64,000 bases of DNA, taken from NCBI GenBank assembly GCA_963745025.1, contig CAVUWD010000011.1, forward strand, positions 512,001 through 576,000, written 5' to 3'. The translations under genes were made by a program, and so were the position numbers. How positions within the stretch are numbered: the stretch's first letter is position 1; every line of letters starts with the position of its first letter. Below are positions 38,554-48,925 of this stretch, one piece after another. The notes under the pieces were generated by a model, which did not search any database, was not told where the DNA came from, and saw only the letters and a list, made by a program, of their open reading frames with translations. The DNA comes from an uncultured delta proteobacterium (lineage in GTDB: Bacteria > Desulfobacterota > Binatia > JACPRU01).

Positions 38554-40191
38554 TCAGGCAGCAAGCCCGGCGAGTACCCGTCGCAACGTATGCTCGAGGC
38601 CATCCGCCGGTGATCGACTGCGGAAGGCAACGTGCCCGTCGGGACGGACGAGCACCGCCCCGGCATTCCCGATCCCATAGCGCTCTTCGAAGCGGCCGCT
38701 CGCGTCGGTGAAGTCGGCGCCGTTCGCGTAGGCGACGAGCGGGACACCGAGCCGCGCACGCGCCGCGTCTGCGGCCTCGATCCAGCTCGAGCCCTCTCGG
38801 CCAGCAACGACCGTGAACTGCGCCCCGAAGAGGTCGAGCGTCGAGCAGCGCTCGCCGGCGCGCTCGATCCACATGTGCGGAGCCCGCTTGCCGGGCCGCG
38901 CGCTCGGCACATAGTCGATGACCTCGTCGGGGACGCGATCGGGCTCGCTGCCGTCTGCAATGATCGCGGCCGACTCGTAACGAAAGCCGAGCTCCATGCC
39001 GAGAAAGTTTCCGTAGCGGCGCGAGGCCGCGATCGCCTCCGTCGGGGAGAGCGAGCCTCCCTCAGCGGCCGCGTTGATCTGTTGTACCATTCGCGAGTTC
39101 TCGAGCGAGCGCTCGACGTTGTAGCGCGCAACGGCCTGCCGCTCCGTTTCGTACGTCGAGAGAAGCGCCGGACCCGCGAGACCGGCGCGCGCCAGAGCGA
39201 GCTTCCAGACGAGATTGTGCACGCCCTGGATTCCGGTGTTGACACCGAAGCCGCCGGTCGGCGGCAGCTGATGGGCGGCATCACCGACGAGCAGAATCCT
39301 CCCCCTTACGAACTCGCGCGCGACGACGCCGTTCAGCGTCCAGTTGCCGATCGACAGGATCTCGGGCGTCACGTCCGAGTCGCCGACGGCCGCGCGAATC
39401 CACTCGATGCAACGCGTCGCGGTGAAGCTCTCGAAGGTAGACGGAGAGCCGTCGTAGGCGATCTGGCAAAGCCAGCGGCCGCGCGCGTCGAGCGGTTGAA
39501 AGACCCCGCGCGCGTCGCTGCTCACGACCCAAAAAAGCAGCGCCGGGCGATCGGCAACCCAGCGATCGAGATCGGCGCGGAAGTAGACGTTGACGAAGTG
39601 GCCGAGGCCCCGTGGTCCGTCGAGAGCGATGCCGAGCTGCTCGCGGATGCCGCTGGCCGCCCCGTCCGCCGCGAGCACGTATTCGGCCTCCACTCGATAC
39701 CGCCGGCCGCTCGCACGCTCGCTGACGTCGACGAGGACGCGGTCGTCGTGGATTTCGAGCCGCCCCACCTCATGCCCGAAGCGCAGCTCCGAGAGCCCCG
39801 TCGCTTCGGCGCCGCGGCGGAGGATCGGCTCGAAGACGTCCTGCGAAGAAAGCAGCGGGACGTCGGGGCTCACGTCGTCGCCCGGGCCCGTGAAGCCGGC
39901 CGTCGACATGCGTCCGAGTTCTTCGCCGGCGAGCGTTCGCGTGTAAATGACCTGGCTCGTCCACGCCCGCGGCAAGTTCACCGCCGCGAGCTGGTCGTGC
40001 ACCGCCCGTCCCCACCCGCGGGCGATCTCCATCGTGCGGGTGTTCAGGTTGCGCGCCTTCGGATGCCAGGTCGTGCTCCCGTGTCGCTCCAGGAGCAGGG
40101 AGCGAATGCCGCAGCGCGCGAGCTCCAGCGCGGCGACGAGCCCGACGGGCCCGCCGCCGGCGATCACGACGGGGTGGGACGCCTCGCTCAT
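38554..40191 (-). CDS. FAD-dependent monooxygenase (PheA/TfdB-like)
   Basis: 'GGGPVGL', 'AADGA', 'GDAAH..PPTGGFGVNTGI', 'LVRPDGHV'. Confidence 0.93.
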   Translation of the reverse strand: MSEASHPVVIAGGGPVGLVAALELARCGIRSLLLERHGSTTWHPKARNLNTRTMEIARGWGRAVHDQLAAVNLPRAWTSQVIYTRTLAGEELGRMSTAGFTGPGDDVSPDVPLLSSQDVFEPILRRGAEATGLSELRFGHEVGRLEIHDDRVLVDVSERASGRRYRVEAEYVLAADGAASGIREQLGIALDGPRGLGHFVNVYFRADLDRWVADRPALLFWVVSSDARGVFQPLDARGRWLCQIAYDGSPSTFESFTATRCIEWIRAAVGDSDVTPEILSIGNWTLNGVVAREFVRGRILLVGDAAHQLPPTGGFGVNTGIQGVHNLVWKLALARAGLAGPALLSTYETERQAVARYNVERSLENSRMVQQINAAAEGGSLSPTEAIAASRRYGNFLGMELGFRYESAAIIADGSEPDRVPDEVIDYVPSARPGKRAPHMWIERAGERCSTLDLFGAQFTVVAGREGSSWIEAADAARARLGVPLVAYANGADFTDASGRFEERYGIGNAGAVLVRPDGHVAFRSRSPADGLEHTLRRVLAGLAA

Positions 40192-40281
40192 GACATCGAT
40201 TACCACGGCTCGCCCCGCCGGTGGCAGGATCGACGCTGGGGTGGTTGACGACCGTCGCCAGCCGGCTGAATAAGGAGGCAC

Positions 40282-41394
40282 ATGAAACCGAGCGCGCCTC
40301 CCGCCCCGCCGTTTCGCGCCGAGCACATCGGCAGCCTCCTGCGCCCTCGAGAACTGAAAGACGCGTTTCGCGCACGAGCCGAGAAGCGCCTCAGCGATGC
40401 CGAGCTTCGCGACGTCCAGGACCGGCTGATTCGCGCTGCCGTGCGGCTCCAGGAGGACGTGGGTCTTCAGTCGATCACCGACGGCGAGTTTCGCCGCATG
40501 GCGTGGTCGGCGGGTTTCATCTGGGCTCTCGAGGGGCTCGTGCCGCGCGACTCGCTCTTCGAATTCAAGGACGAGCACGGCGATACGATCGGGTGGCAGA
40601 CCTGCTACGCCGAGCGTCCGGTGCGGAGGACCCGCGGTATCACCACCGAGGAGTTCGCCTTCGTTCGCACGCTCACCGAACGCACCGCGAAGGTCACGAT
40701 GCCGGCACCGAGTTTTCTGCACTTTTTCCGCGGCGCCCAGTGCGCGGATCGCGCGGCCTATGCCGACCTCGAGCTCTTCTGGAACGATCTCGTCGAGATC
40801 TACAGGGCGGAGATCGCCGACTTGGCGCGCCTCGGCTGCACCTACGTTCAGCTCGACGAGGTGCCGATGGCGATGCTCTGTGACGCCTCGGTGCGCGACA
40901 GGGTTCGCTCCAGAGGCGAGGACCCCGACGCTCTGATTCGCACCTACGTCTCGGTCGTCAACCGCGTGCTCGCCGCCCGCCCGGCGGGGATGACGATCGG
41001 CATGCATCTTTGCCGCGGTAACTTACGCGGCCACTGGATGGCCGCCGGCGGCTACGATGCCGTCGCCGAGCGGCTTTTCAACGATCTCGGAGTCGACGCC
41101 TTTTTCCTCGAGTACGACACGCCGCGCGCCGGGGACTTCTCGCCGCTGCGTCACATGGCGAAGGACAAGCGCGTGATCCTCGGGCTAGTGAGCACGAAGA
41201 CGCCCACGCTCGAGGAGGCCGAGGCGCTGAAGCGCCGGATCGACGAGGCCTCTCGTTACGTTCCGATCGAGCAGCTCGGAATCAGCCCACAGTGCGGCTT
41301 TGCCAGCACGATCGGCGGCAACCCGCTGCGCGAGGACGACCAGCGGGCGAAGCTCGCAAGAATCGTCGAGGTGGCGAGCGCGGTGTGGGGCTGA
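40282..41394 (+). CDS. Cobalamin-independent methionine synthase II family protein
   Basis: 'HIGSLLRP', 'TDGEFRR', Zn ligands 'HLCRGN' and 'PQCGF'. Confidence 0.9.
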   Translation: MKPSAPPAPPFRAEHIGSLLRPRELKDAFRARAEKRLSDAELRDVQDRLIRAAVRLQEDVGLQSITDGEFRRMAWSAGFIWALEGLVPRDSLFEFKDEHGDTIGWQTCYAERPVRRTRGITTEEFAFVRTLTERTAKVTMPAPSFLHFFRGAQCADRAAYADLELFWNDLVEIYRAEIADLARLGCTYVQLDEVPMAMLCDASVRDRVRSRGEDPDALIRTYVSVVNRVLAARPAGMTIGMHLCRGNLRGHWMAAGGYDAVAERLFNDLGVDAFFLEYDTPRAGDFSPLRHMAKDKRVILGLVSTKTPTLEEAEALKRRIDEASRYVPIEQLGISPQCGFASTIGGNPLREDDQRAKLARIVEVASAVWG

Positions 41395-41649
41395 TCGAGT
41401 AGGATGCCTCAAAGCGAAGCCGACCGAGCGGCCATCGGGAGCGAGGCCCCACCAACGCTAACCGGGTAGTATGCCCCGATCGAAGACGGTCGCGACCAAC
41501 GGGAGCGACCTCTGGGGCAGTCGTTCCGGGCAGCACGCTCGGGCGGAGCGGCCCCGCGACCAACGAGAGCGCGCGTACCGTTAGGTTCGCAACCAACGGG
41601 GGCATCTGTTGGCGCAGACTCTCGTGATGGCGGTCCACGCGACCCCGAA

Positions 41650-42474
41650 TTACGCAATCCTCAGCTGTCCCGCAAAGGCTCCGCGGCCGGTGAGCGCAGC
41701 GGCCCCGCAGCGGGCCGCGAATGCAACGGCTCCTTCGACCGAACCGCTGGCCGCCAATCCATACGCGAGCCCCGCCGCGAAGCTGTCGCCTGCCCCATAG
41801 GTATCCACCAGCGGGCCCGGAAGCTGTGCCGGCGAGAATCGCCGTGCCGGACGGTCGCGCTCCCGGATCTCTCCGCCCTTTTCGCCGTCGGTCAGGACGA
41901 CGAGCTTCGGCGGCGGATGGAGCTCGCCCTCCTGGTAACGCTCCGACGGGTCGCGCAGGCTGCCGACCAGCGCGTCGATGACGATACCGGCTTCGCGTAG
42001 GACCGGAAGGATGCGCGCCGTAGCGACCAGCACGCGGGCGCGCCGCGCGAGCCGGATCGCTTCGGCGTCAGCCGCGCAGAGATAGACGGCGTCCGTCTCC
42101 GAGAGCTCGCCCCAGGGAAGCGGGTCGCTCGCGGCTGCGGCGATGCGGTTGCCGATTACCGTGATCGTGCGCTCGCCCGTCGCGTCCACGAACGTGACCG
42201 CCCGGCGTTGCGGCTCGGGTCGCGTCGCGGCTTCGACGCGCACCGCAAGACGCACGAGTGCCTCGCGCGCGCGCCGGCCGCGCTCGTCATTGCCGAGCGC
42301 AGTGTAGAGCGTACACGAACCGGCGAGCTTGGCGAGCTGCACCGCGGACACGCCACCGCCCCCCGCCGGCTCCTCCCATGCCTCCACGGCGCGGACGATC
42401 TCCCCCGGCTCCGGAACGCGCTCGACGCGCACGAAGTCGACCCATTCGATGTGGCCCAGGACGGCCGTCCGCAT
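41650..42474 (-). CDS. PfkB-family carbohydrate kinase
   Basis: 'GGGG..AVQLAKL', 'DTYGAGDSF'. Confidence 0.9.
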   Translation of the reverse strand: MRTAVLGHIEWVDFVRVERVPEPGEIVRAVEAWEEPAGGGGVSAVQLAKLAGSCTLYTALGNDERGRRAREALVRLAVRVEAATRPEPQRRAVTFVDATGERTITVIGNRIAAAASDPLPWGELSETDAVYLCAADAEAIRLARRARVLVATARILPVLREAGIVIDALVGSLRDPSERYQEGELHPPPKLVVLTDGEKGGEIRERDRPARRFSPAQLPGPLVDTYGAGDSFAAGLAYGLAASGSVEGAVAFAARCGAAALTGRGAFAGQLRIA

Positions 42475-42649
42475 CGCGCGACTCTGCCGGAACTCGCGGC
42501 GCAGATCGAGCCGCAGGGGGACGTTGCGGTCAGCGGCACGTCGAGAGGCGGCGACTGTTGCTGCCACGAGAGCGACGGTAGCCGCTCCCGCTCACCGGCG
42601 ATGGCCGAAACGAGCCGCCCGCGCTCCGTCGGCCGCAAGCGGACCTTGA

Positions 42650-43444
42650 TCAGAAGAAGACCAAGGTGCGCACCTCGATGCTCTCGCGGGGCGGGGCGTC
42701 GGCCGGCGAGGTCGGATCGTCGAACGCGCTGTGGGCCGTGAAGCGCGCGAGGGATCGGTCGGAGTCGTAACACTTGAGCATCATCGCCTCGTCCGACGTC
42801 ATCCTCGGGAAGTAGAACCAGCGATGGCTCGGGTGGAAGGTCAGTGAATAGACTTCGCCCCTGCGGTCGCGGTAGATGAGATCGGTTGGAACCAAGTCCT
42901 GCGGCCGAATGCTCCGCGCATCGCATACCGCGAGCGGGGCGCTCTCGACGGGTCCGCGAATCGGCTTCCACACGTTGACCACCGCAAAGCGCCCGCGAAG
43001 GAGCGCCTCGGCTTCCTCCGCGAGCAAATCACGCACCCGCTGCGGGCCGGAGCTCTCGGTGTAGTCGTTATGGGCGAAGCGTACGGGCTCCTTGGCGAGG
43101 TTCTCGGCCGGCTCGGACTTCGTCGAGGCGCGCACGTTGTGGTCGAAGGCAAGCACCCGCGAGGCGCCCGTCACCCGCTTCACGAGCGCCTCGACCTCGC
43201 GGTAATAGACCTCGCGCACCGCCTGCGGATCGTAGAGATCCTCGGCCGCCGTGACGTGAGGAGCGAGGGCGAATCCTTCCTCGTCGAGCGAGAGCCGAGG
43301 AGAGATCTCTCGACCGTCTTCGATCGCCACCCTCCGACGATCCCCACGGGCGTTGCGCCACGCGGTACCCGCGGGCGGCTCGTAGAGATAGTAGTAGGGC
43401 CGCTCCGCCATCGGCGCCAAGTAGTTCAGCGTGGCTTCCACCAT
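42650..43444 (-). CDS. CmcJ/NvfI (AsaB-like) oxidoreductase
   Basis: 'FDHNVR', 'AHNDYT', 'NVWKPI', 'PLAVCDARS', 'HSAF', 'RESIEVR'. Confidence 0.87.
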   Translation of the reverse strand: MVEATLNYLAPMAERPYYYLYEPPAGTAWRNARGDRRRVAIEDGREISPRLSLDEEGFALAPHVTAAEDLYDPQAVREVYYREVEALVKRVTGASRVLAFDHNVRASTKSEPAENLAKEPVRFAHNDYTESSGPQRVRDLLAEEAEALLRGRFAVVNVWKPIRGPVESAPLAVCDARSIRPQDLVPTDLIYRDRRGEVYSLTFHPSHRWFYFPRMTSDEAMMLKCYDSDRSLARFTAHSAFDDPTSPADAPPRESIEVRTLVFF

Positions 43445-43461
43445 CGGATCCCTCCGCGGCC

Positions 43462-43965
43462 TCAAGAACCGCCGCCCTCGAGGCCGCCGTCGCCGTATCT
43501 CGTCGCTGCGCCTTCACCGCCCGGGCCGAGACGCCCTCCGGGGCCGAGATGGCCCTTGCCGGGGACATGATTCACTTCGACGCGGATGCCGTCTGGATCC
43601 TCGAACAGCACGGAATAGTAGCCGGGTGCGAACTGCGAGCCGTCTTCGGGCGGATGCACGACGCGGGCGCCGAGCTCCTCGACGACGAAGCGATGGACCG
43701 CGTCGACGTCTTCCCGGCGCCGGGCGCGGAAGCAGAGATGATGAAGCCCGGAGCGCAGCTGGTCGAAAGGAGTGCGGTCCTTCCCCGGGGGTACCCCGCG
43801 CACCAGGATGCCGGTGCGGCTACCGATGCAGTAGACGGTGTCCTCGCTCTTGATGAGCGTCTTCATCTCGAGGAAATGACAGAGCTTCTCCCAAAAGGGC
43901 AGGCCGCGCGCGGGGTCGTTCACGGTCAACTGGATGTGTGCGATGCCGTTCAGCTCGACGCTCAT
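43462..43965 (-). CDS. VOC/glyoxalase family protein
   Basis: 'AHIQLTV', 'GLHHLCFRA', 'FEDPDGIRVEV'. Confidence 0.9.
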   Translation of the reverse strand: MSVELNGIAHIQLTVNDPARGLPFWEKLCHFLEMKTLIKSEDTVYCIGSRTGILVRGVPPGKDRTPFDQLRSGLHHLCFRARRREDVDAVHRFVVEELGARVVHPPEDGSQFAPGYYSVLFEDPDGIRVEVNHVPGKGHLGPGGRLGPGGEGAATRYGDGGLEGGGS

Positions 43966-43978
43966 GCGGCCTCTCTCG

Positions 43979-44076
43979 GGGACGTTCTTGACCTTCGTAA
44001 CCTTGGTCGCTCTCTCCTTACAGGATTTCGGCAACGCGAGGAACGCGACGAAGCTTACGAACGTCAGGAACGTCCC
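43979..44076. repeat. 32-bp imperfect inverted repeat with ~9-nt periodicity
   Basis: 43979-44010 vs 44045-44076, 28/32 complementary. Confidence 0.8.
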
Positions 44077-44124
44077 CACTTCGGCGACTTGCCCGAACAC
44101 TCGGATGGATCGTACGATGAGCCC

Positions 44125-45960
44125 ATGCCGGCCGATCCATCGAAGACGACGAAACGCCGGCTCGCGGCCGTCGTCAGCGCAGACGCCGTCGGCTACTCGC
44201 GCCTGATGAGCGAGAACGAGGAAGCGACGATCGCCGCCCTCGGAAAGGCGCGGGAGATCTTTCGCAGCCAAATCGCCAGCCACGAGGGCCGAGTCGTCGA
44301 TACCGCAGGCGACAGCGTGCTGGCGGTCTTCGACAGCGTGGTCGAGGCGCTGCGGTCCGCGGTCGAGATCCAGGACGAACTTCGGCAACGAAGTGAGGGC
44401 GTACCGGACGCCCGCCGCATGAGCTTCCGGATCGGCGTGAACGTCGGGGATCTCGTCGAGCAGAGCGACGGAACGGTCTACGGCGACGGAGTAAACATCG
44501 CCGCGCGCCTCCAGGCGCTCGCCGAGCCCGGTGGAATCTGCGTCTCGGAGCTCGCGTGCACACAGGCGAGAAACAAGCTCGAGGCGCGCTTCGACTTTCT
44601 GGGCGAGCAGCAGGTGAAGAACATTCCCGAGCCCATCCGGGCCTACCGCTTGCTCCCGGGGGATCGAGGAACGAGTGCCGAACCCGCATTCCTCTCCTCG
44701 AAGCCTTCGATCGCGGTCTTGCCCTTCGACAACATGAGCGCCGACCCCGAGCAGGAGTATTTTTCGGACGGAATCACCGAGGATTTGATCACGGCGCTAT
44801 CGCGTATCCGCTGGCTGTTCGTGGTCGCGCGCAACTCCACCTTCACCTACAAGGGGAAGGCCGTCGACGTGAAGCAGGTCGCGCGTGAGCTCGGCGTCCG
44901 CTACGTCCTCGAGGGCAGCGTGCGGAAGGGAGGGGGTCGAGTGCGGATAACCGCTCAGCTGATCGACGCCACCACCGGAAGCCACGTCTGGGCCGAGCGC
45001 TACGACCGCGAGCTGGCCGACGTCTTCGCGGTCCAGGATGAGATCACCGAGACGATCGCCGCGGCCATCGAGCCCGAACTCGCCCAATTCGAGCGCGACC
45101 GCGCGCGGCGGAAACCTCCGGAGAGCCTCGATGCATGGGACCTCTACCAGCGCGGCCTCTGGCACGTCTGGCAATTCAGCCCGCGCGACAATGAGGAGGC
45201 GCACCGGCTGCTCGAACGCGCGACGTCTCTCGACACGACCTTTGCGCAGTTCTTTTCCGCGCTCGCGCTCTGCCGCTTCCAGGATCACGCGTTCATGTTC
45301 CACTCGACCGAGAACATCCTCGACAAGGCGCTCGAGGCAGCCCGCAGGGCCGTGGCGCTCGACGACAAGGACGCGACGGGCCACGCGGTGCTCGGACGGA
45401 TCTATACGGCTCGCGGCGAGCACACCTCGTCGATCGCCGAGCTCGAGACGGCGCTGCGTCTGAATCCGAGCCTCAGCTGGGCTCACTACGGTCTTGGCAT
45501 GGCCCTGGTATTCATGGGGCGCGCCGAGGAGGGCATCCGCGAGGTGGACTTGGCCGAGCGCTTGAGCCCGCACGATCCCAACGTGTGGCTATTCGAGATG
45601 CTCCGGGCGTGGGGCTTCATCTCGCTCGGCGATTTCGAGCGGGCGAGGGAGCAAGCGGAGCGGTCGGTCCGCCGCCCGATGGCGGCGTTCCCGGCATGGG
45701 CGACGCTCGCATCGGCGCTGGGGCATCTCCGCCGGATCGACGAGGCGCGGAGCGCCCTCGCCAAGACGCGCGAGCTGCAACCGGATTTCTCGCCGCAGCT
45801 CTTCGACCGCATCTGGCCGAACATGGACGCCGTGTTCTTCGAACGCTACATCGACGGGCTCCGCCTGATCGATCCCACGATCCCGGACCCGCGGTTGGCC
45901 ACCAGCCGGCCAGCTTTCCGTTCGATCACCGGTCCCACCTCTGGTAGTCGCAGCGAATGA
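44125..45960 (+). CDS. Class III adenylate/guanylate cyclase with TolB-like and TPR domains
   Basis: 'ADAVGYS', 'AGDSV', 'YGDGVNIAARLQ', 'SIAVLPFDNMS..YFSDG', TPR repeats. Confidence 0.92.
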   Translation: MPADPSKTTKRRLAAVVSADAVGYSRLMSENEEATIAALGKAREIFRSQIASHEGRVVDTAGDSVLAVFDSVVEALRSAVEIQDELRQRSEGVPDARRMSFRIGVNVGDLVEQSDGTVYGDGVNIAARLQALAEPGGICVSELACTQARNKLEARFDFLGEQQVKNIPEPIRAYRLLPGDRGTSAEPAFLSSKPSIAVLPFDNMSADPEQEYFSDGITEDLITALSRIRWLFVVARNSTFTYKGKAVDVKQVARELGVRYVLEGSVRKGGGRVRITAQLIDATTGSHVWAERYDRELADVFAVQDEITETIAAAIEPELAQFERDRARRKPPESLDAWDLYQRGLWHVWQFSPRDNEEAHRLLERATSLDTTFAQFFSALALCRFQDHAFMFHSTENILDKALEAARRAVALDDKDATGHAVLGRIYTARGEHTSSIAELETALRLNPSLSWAHYGLGMALVFMGRAEEGIREVDLAERLSPHDPNVWLFEMLRAWGFISLGDFERAREQAERSVRRPMAAFPAWATLASALGHLRRIDEARSALAKTRELQPDFSPQLFDRIWPNMDAVFFERYIDGLRLIDPTIPDPRLATSRPAFRSITGPTSGSRSE

Positions 45961-46065
45961 ACGATTGCGCTAGGAAGCTCGTTTTTCGATGAACACGTGA
46001 AACACGGGTCATCGTCGCCGTCGCGCATTTCGGTTGCGGCGAGGCGGCGCGGAAGGGAGAACGAC

Positions 46066-46935
46066 ATGGAGATCGCTGTCGTCACCGGCACCAGTACGGG
46101 CATCGGGTTCGCAACCAGCGTGCGTCTGGCGCGTCATGGCTATCGGGTGTTCGCCGGCATGCGGAACCTCGGCAAGGCCGAGCCGTTGCGCGCTGCAGCT
46201 GCCGAGGCAAGCCTGCCGATCGAAGTGATCGAGCTCGACGTCACCTCGGCGGCCTCGGTCGATCGCGCCTTCGAGGCGGTATCGGGGCACGGCGCGGTCG
46301 ACGTGCTCGTCAATAATGCCGGGATCGGCGGCGCAACTCCGCTCGAGCTCACTCCGGAGGACGAGCACCGGCACATATTCGAGACCAACTACTTCGGAGC
46401 GATCCGCTGCATCAAGGCGGTACTGCCCGCGATGCGCGAGCGGCGGCGAGGCGCCATCGTGAACGTCAGCTCGATCGCCGGCCTCGTCACCATCCCGAAT
46501 CAGATTCCCTATTGCGCCTCGAAGTGGGCGCTCGAGTGCGCGGGCGAAGCGCTTGCCCACGAAGTTGCCCGCTTCGGCATCCGCGTGGTGAACGTAGAGC
46601 CCGGCGTCGTGAAGACGAACATCTTCGACAACTCGGCCGAAGCAACCCGGTACGACAAAGCGTCTCCGTACCAGCCGATCATGCGGCGCAACGGAAAGTT
46701 TTACGCGGCCGGCTTTCGCGATCCCGCCTGGCCCGACGAGGTGGCCGAGACGATCCTCGCCGCCATCACCAGCGACGAGTACCGCCTCCGCTGGCCCGTT
46801 GGTAAGGACGCGATCAGTTTTTCCGAGGGCCGGCGCAAGATCCGCGACGAGACCTGGATCGCGATGGGCGGTGAGCTGTCCGACCAGGACTACAACCAGC
46901 GCTTCTTCGACTATTTCGGGATTCGGCTGACCTAA
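46066..46935 (+). CDS. SDR oxidoreductase
   Basis: 'TGTSTGIG', 'NNAG', 'YCASK'. Confidence 0.93.
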   Translation: MEIAVVTGTSTGIGFATSVRLARHGYRVFAGMRNLGKAEPLRAAAAEASLPIEVIELDVTSAASVDRAFEAVSGHGAVDVLVNNAGIGGATPLELTPEDEHRHIFETNYFGAIRCIKAVLPAMRERRRGAIVNVSSIAGLVTIPNQIPYCASKWALECAGEALAHEVARFGIRVVNVEPGVVKTNIFDNSAEATRYDKASPYQPIMRRNGKFYAAGFRDPAWPDEVAETILAAITSDEYRLRWPVGKDAISFSEGRRKIRDETWIAMGGELSDQDYNQRFFDYFGIRLT

Positions 46936-47116
46936 CCTCGAAGCGAACATACTTGAACCCGTAGAGCGTGCCGAGCCCGCACTCGACTCGGCCGCCACGA
47001 GCTTCTACCGAGGCACCTCCAAAGACGGCCTCGCGACTCATTTGGCGCTCGCGACGCGTCCCAGTCGGGCGCGGGCTCGGCGCGCTTCTTGGCCGCAATT
47101 ATTTTCGCTTCAAAGG
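46936..47116. mobile_element. MITE-like element with terminal inverted repeats
   Basis: Left CCTCGAAGCGAACATA; right TATTTTCGCTTCAAAGG; second partial copy at 59890-60005. Confidence 0.6.
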
Positions 47117-47181
47117 GTCAAGGGCGCGAAATCTCCTCTCCGGGAAGAGCGAAGATTATTCGTGGACCCGAGGAGGCGCGC

Positions 47182-47769
47182 TCAGCGCATCGAGGTGCTC
47201 GTGCCGATCTTCTCCTGGTAAACGAGGATTTCAATGCGGCGGTTCTCGCGTCGGCCCGTGAGGGTCTTGTTGTCGGCGATCGGCTTCGAGTTGCCGTAGG
47301 AGACCACGTGGACTCGCAGCGGATCCACGCCCTTCTCGCTCACTAGATAGCCTGCGACCCGCTCGGCGCGACGCTGTCCGAGCTCGTAGTTGTAGTCGGG
47401 TTTGCCACTGCTATCGGTATGGCCGGCAACCACGAAAACGCGCTCGGCGGGCGCCTCGGCTGTCCCGCTTCGCTCCTCGAGCTCCTTCAAGAAGCGGTCG
47501 ATCTCGCTCTTCGCGTGTCCGGAAAGGCCGGCAGAGTTGAACCCGAAGGTGGCGCCCTCCTTCATGCCGAGCACCATCTTCTTCTCGAGCTGCAGATGCT
47601 CGAGGCCGGCGAGTGCATGATCAGCCTTGGCATCGACCGTGCCGAGCCGCGCGTTCACGGGATCGAGCTGGGCCCGTACCCAGTCGCGGGTGGCGACGCA
47701 GCCCGACGCGCAGACCAAGGCGGTGACGGAGATGAGACAAAGAGCCGAGCTCGTGGTCCATCGGGACAT
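47182..47769 (-). CDS. OmpA-family peptidoglycan-binding lipoprotein
   Basis: Lipobox 'ASGC'; 'GHTDSSG..N..LGQRRAERV', 'NRRIEI'. Confidence 0.92.
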   Translation of the reverse strand: MSRWTTSSALCLISVTALVCASGCVATRDWVRAQLDPVNARLGTVDAKADHALAGLEHLQLEKKMVLGMKEGATFGFNSAGLSGHAKSEIDRFLKELEERSGTAEAPAERVFVVAGHTDSSGKPDYNYELGQRRAERVAGYLVSEKGVDPLRVHVVSYGNSKPIADNKTLTGRRENRRIEILVYQEKIGTSTSMR

Positions 47770-47994
47770 AGCTGACCTCCCTTTCGGAATCGACGTCGAT
47801 GGCCCCTTAAACACCGAGGAACGCCCCCAGGATGCGGTCGGTAACCGTCTTCAACACCCGCTGCGCTCCCGCGGTTGCAGCTGCCACCCGCTCCGGCAGC
47901 TCGCGACCTCCTGCTTCTCTGTCACTTCGTGGACCAGAACTGGGTCGGGCTGAGAGGCCTCGGGGTCGACCGCGAGGCGGGGTGACGAAGGCTT

Positions 47995-48390
47995 CTACGC
48001 TTGCGTCGTCCCGCCCAAGTATAGCGAGAGGAGGTCGAGTAGTTCGCTGGCGACGATCGGCTTCGCGAGATGCGCGTTGCACCCGGCCGCGAAGACGTTG
48101 CCACGGTCATGATCGAATAACCGAGCCGTGACCGCAATGATCGGTACCTTTTTCCAAGCGTCCTGCTGGCGCAGCGATCTCGCGAGAGAAAGGCCGTCCT
48201 CGCCGCCCGCAAGCGTGAGGTCGAGGAGAATCGCGTTCACCTTGTTGACGTGCGTTGCGAGGAGCTTGCGGGCCTTCGCCGCGGTTTCGGCCACCAGGAC
48301 GGAGTACTTGTTACGCGTCAGGATCGTCTTGAAGAGTTGCCTTGCGTCGTCGTCATCCTCGACGATCAGGACATAGTTGTCTTCCATCAT
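47995..48390 (-). CDS. Single-domain response regulator
   Basis: 'VLIVEDD', 'LLDLTL', 'AVTA', 'AKP'. Confidence 0.9.
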   Translation of the reverse strand: MMEDNYVLIVEDDDDARQLFKTILTRNKYSVLVAETAAKARKLLATHVNKVNAILLDLTLAGGEDGLSLARSLRQQDAWKKVPIIAVTARLFDHDRGNVFAAGCNAHLAKPIVASELLDLLSLYLGGTTQA

Positions 48391-48729
48391 GCGTAGCTCT
48401 GGCTTTTCCGCCGGACACCCATGAGCCTCTCGCTAGCAAGAAATATGCCAGAAGATTACCGAAAAGATGGGCCCAAAGAAAACCAAGAAGTTACGGAGTC
48501 AACCCGCCCGGGAGGATCGACAAGATTGCGGCGCGCCGTACGCACTTCTTGCGACCATGGGCCGGGTTTCAGAGCTCCCGTGCGCTCAGCGCGGTTCCGA
48601 GAGTACTTCGTGACGGTAACGCGAGCCGCCGGCAAATTGCCGTAGGATGACGGCGCCACTGACGGAGCCACGCATCGAGCAGAAGAGGATCGAGGCCTCC
48701 CTGGCGGCTTCTCGAAATGTACGCGCTTC

Positions 48730-48914
48730 GTGCGCGACGTGGTTGCGAAACCCGGAAGCGGCCTCACGGTCGCGGGCGTGATGGCCGTCTTTGAAGTACA
48801 CCTCGCGCGCTTCACGCATCCGCGCGAGATCGTGTCCTCAACTCCTTGCCGCGCAACGTCATCGGCAAGGTGCTGGAATACGAGCTGCGCGCCCGCGCGC
48901 GTGCCGCGAGCTAG
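48730..48914 (+). pseudogene. C-terminal remnant of an AMP-binding acyl-CoA synthetase
   Basis: 'VVAKPGSGLT..HLARFTHPREIV' then frameshift 'NSLPRNVIGKVLEYELRAR'. Confidence 0.7.
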
Positions 48915-48925
48915 CTTCGCTTAGT

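Noticed and set aside
41447-41604. Mini-CRISPR
   Set aside because: Repeats are only ~17 bp, degenerate and irregularly spaced; no cas genes.
48595-48620. Possible fifth TACT/AGTA-loop hairpin (CCGAGAGTACTTCG)
   Set aside because: Stem too short and flanks do not match the consensus.
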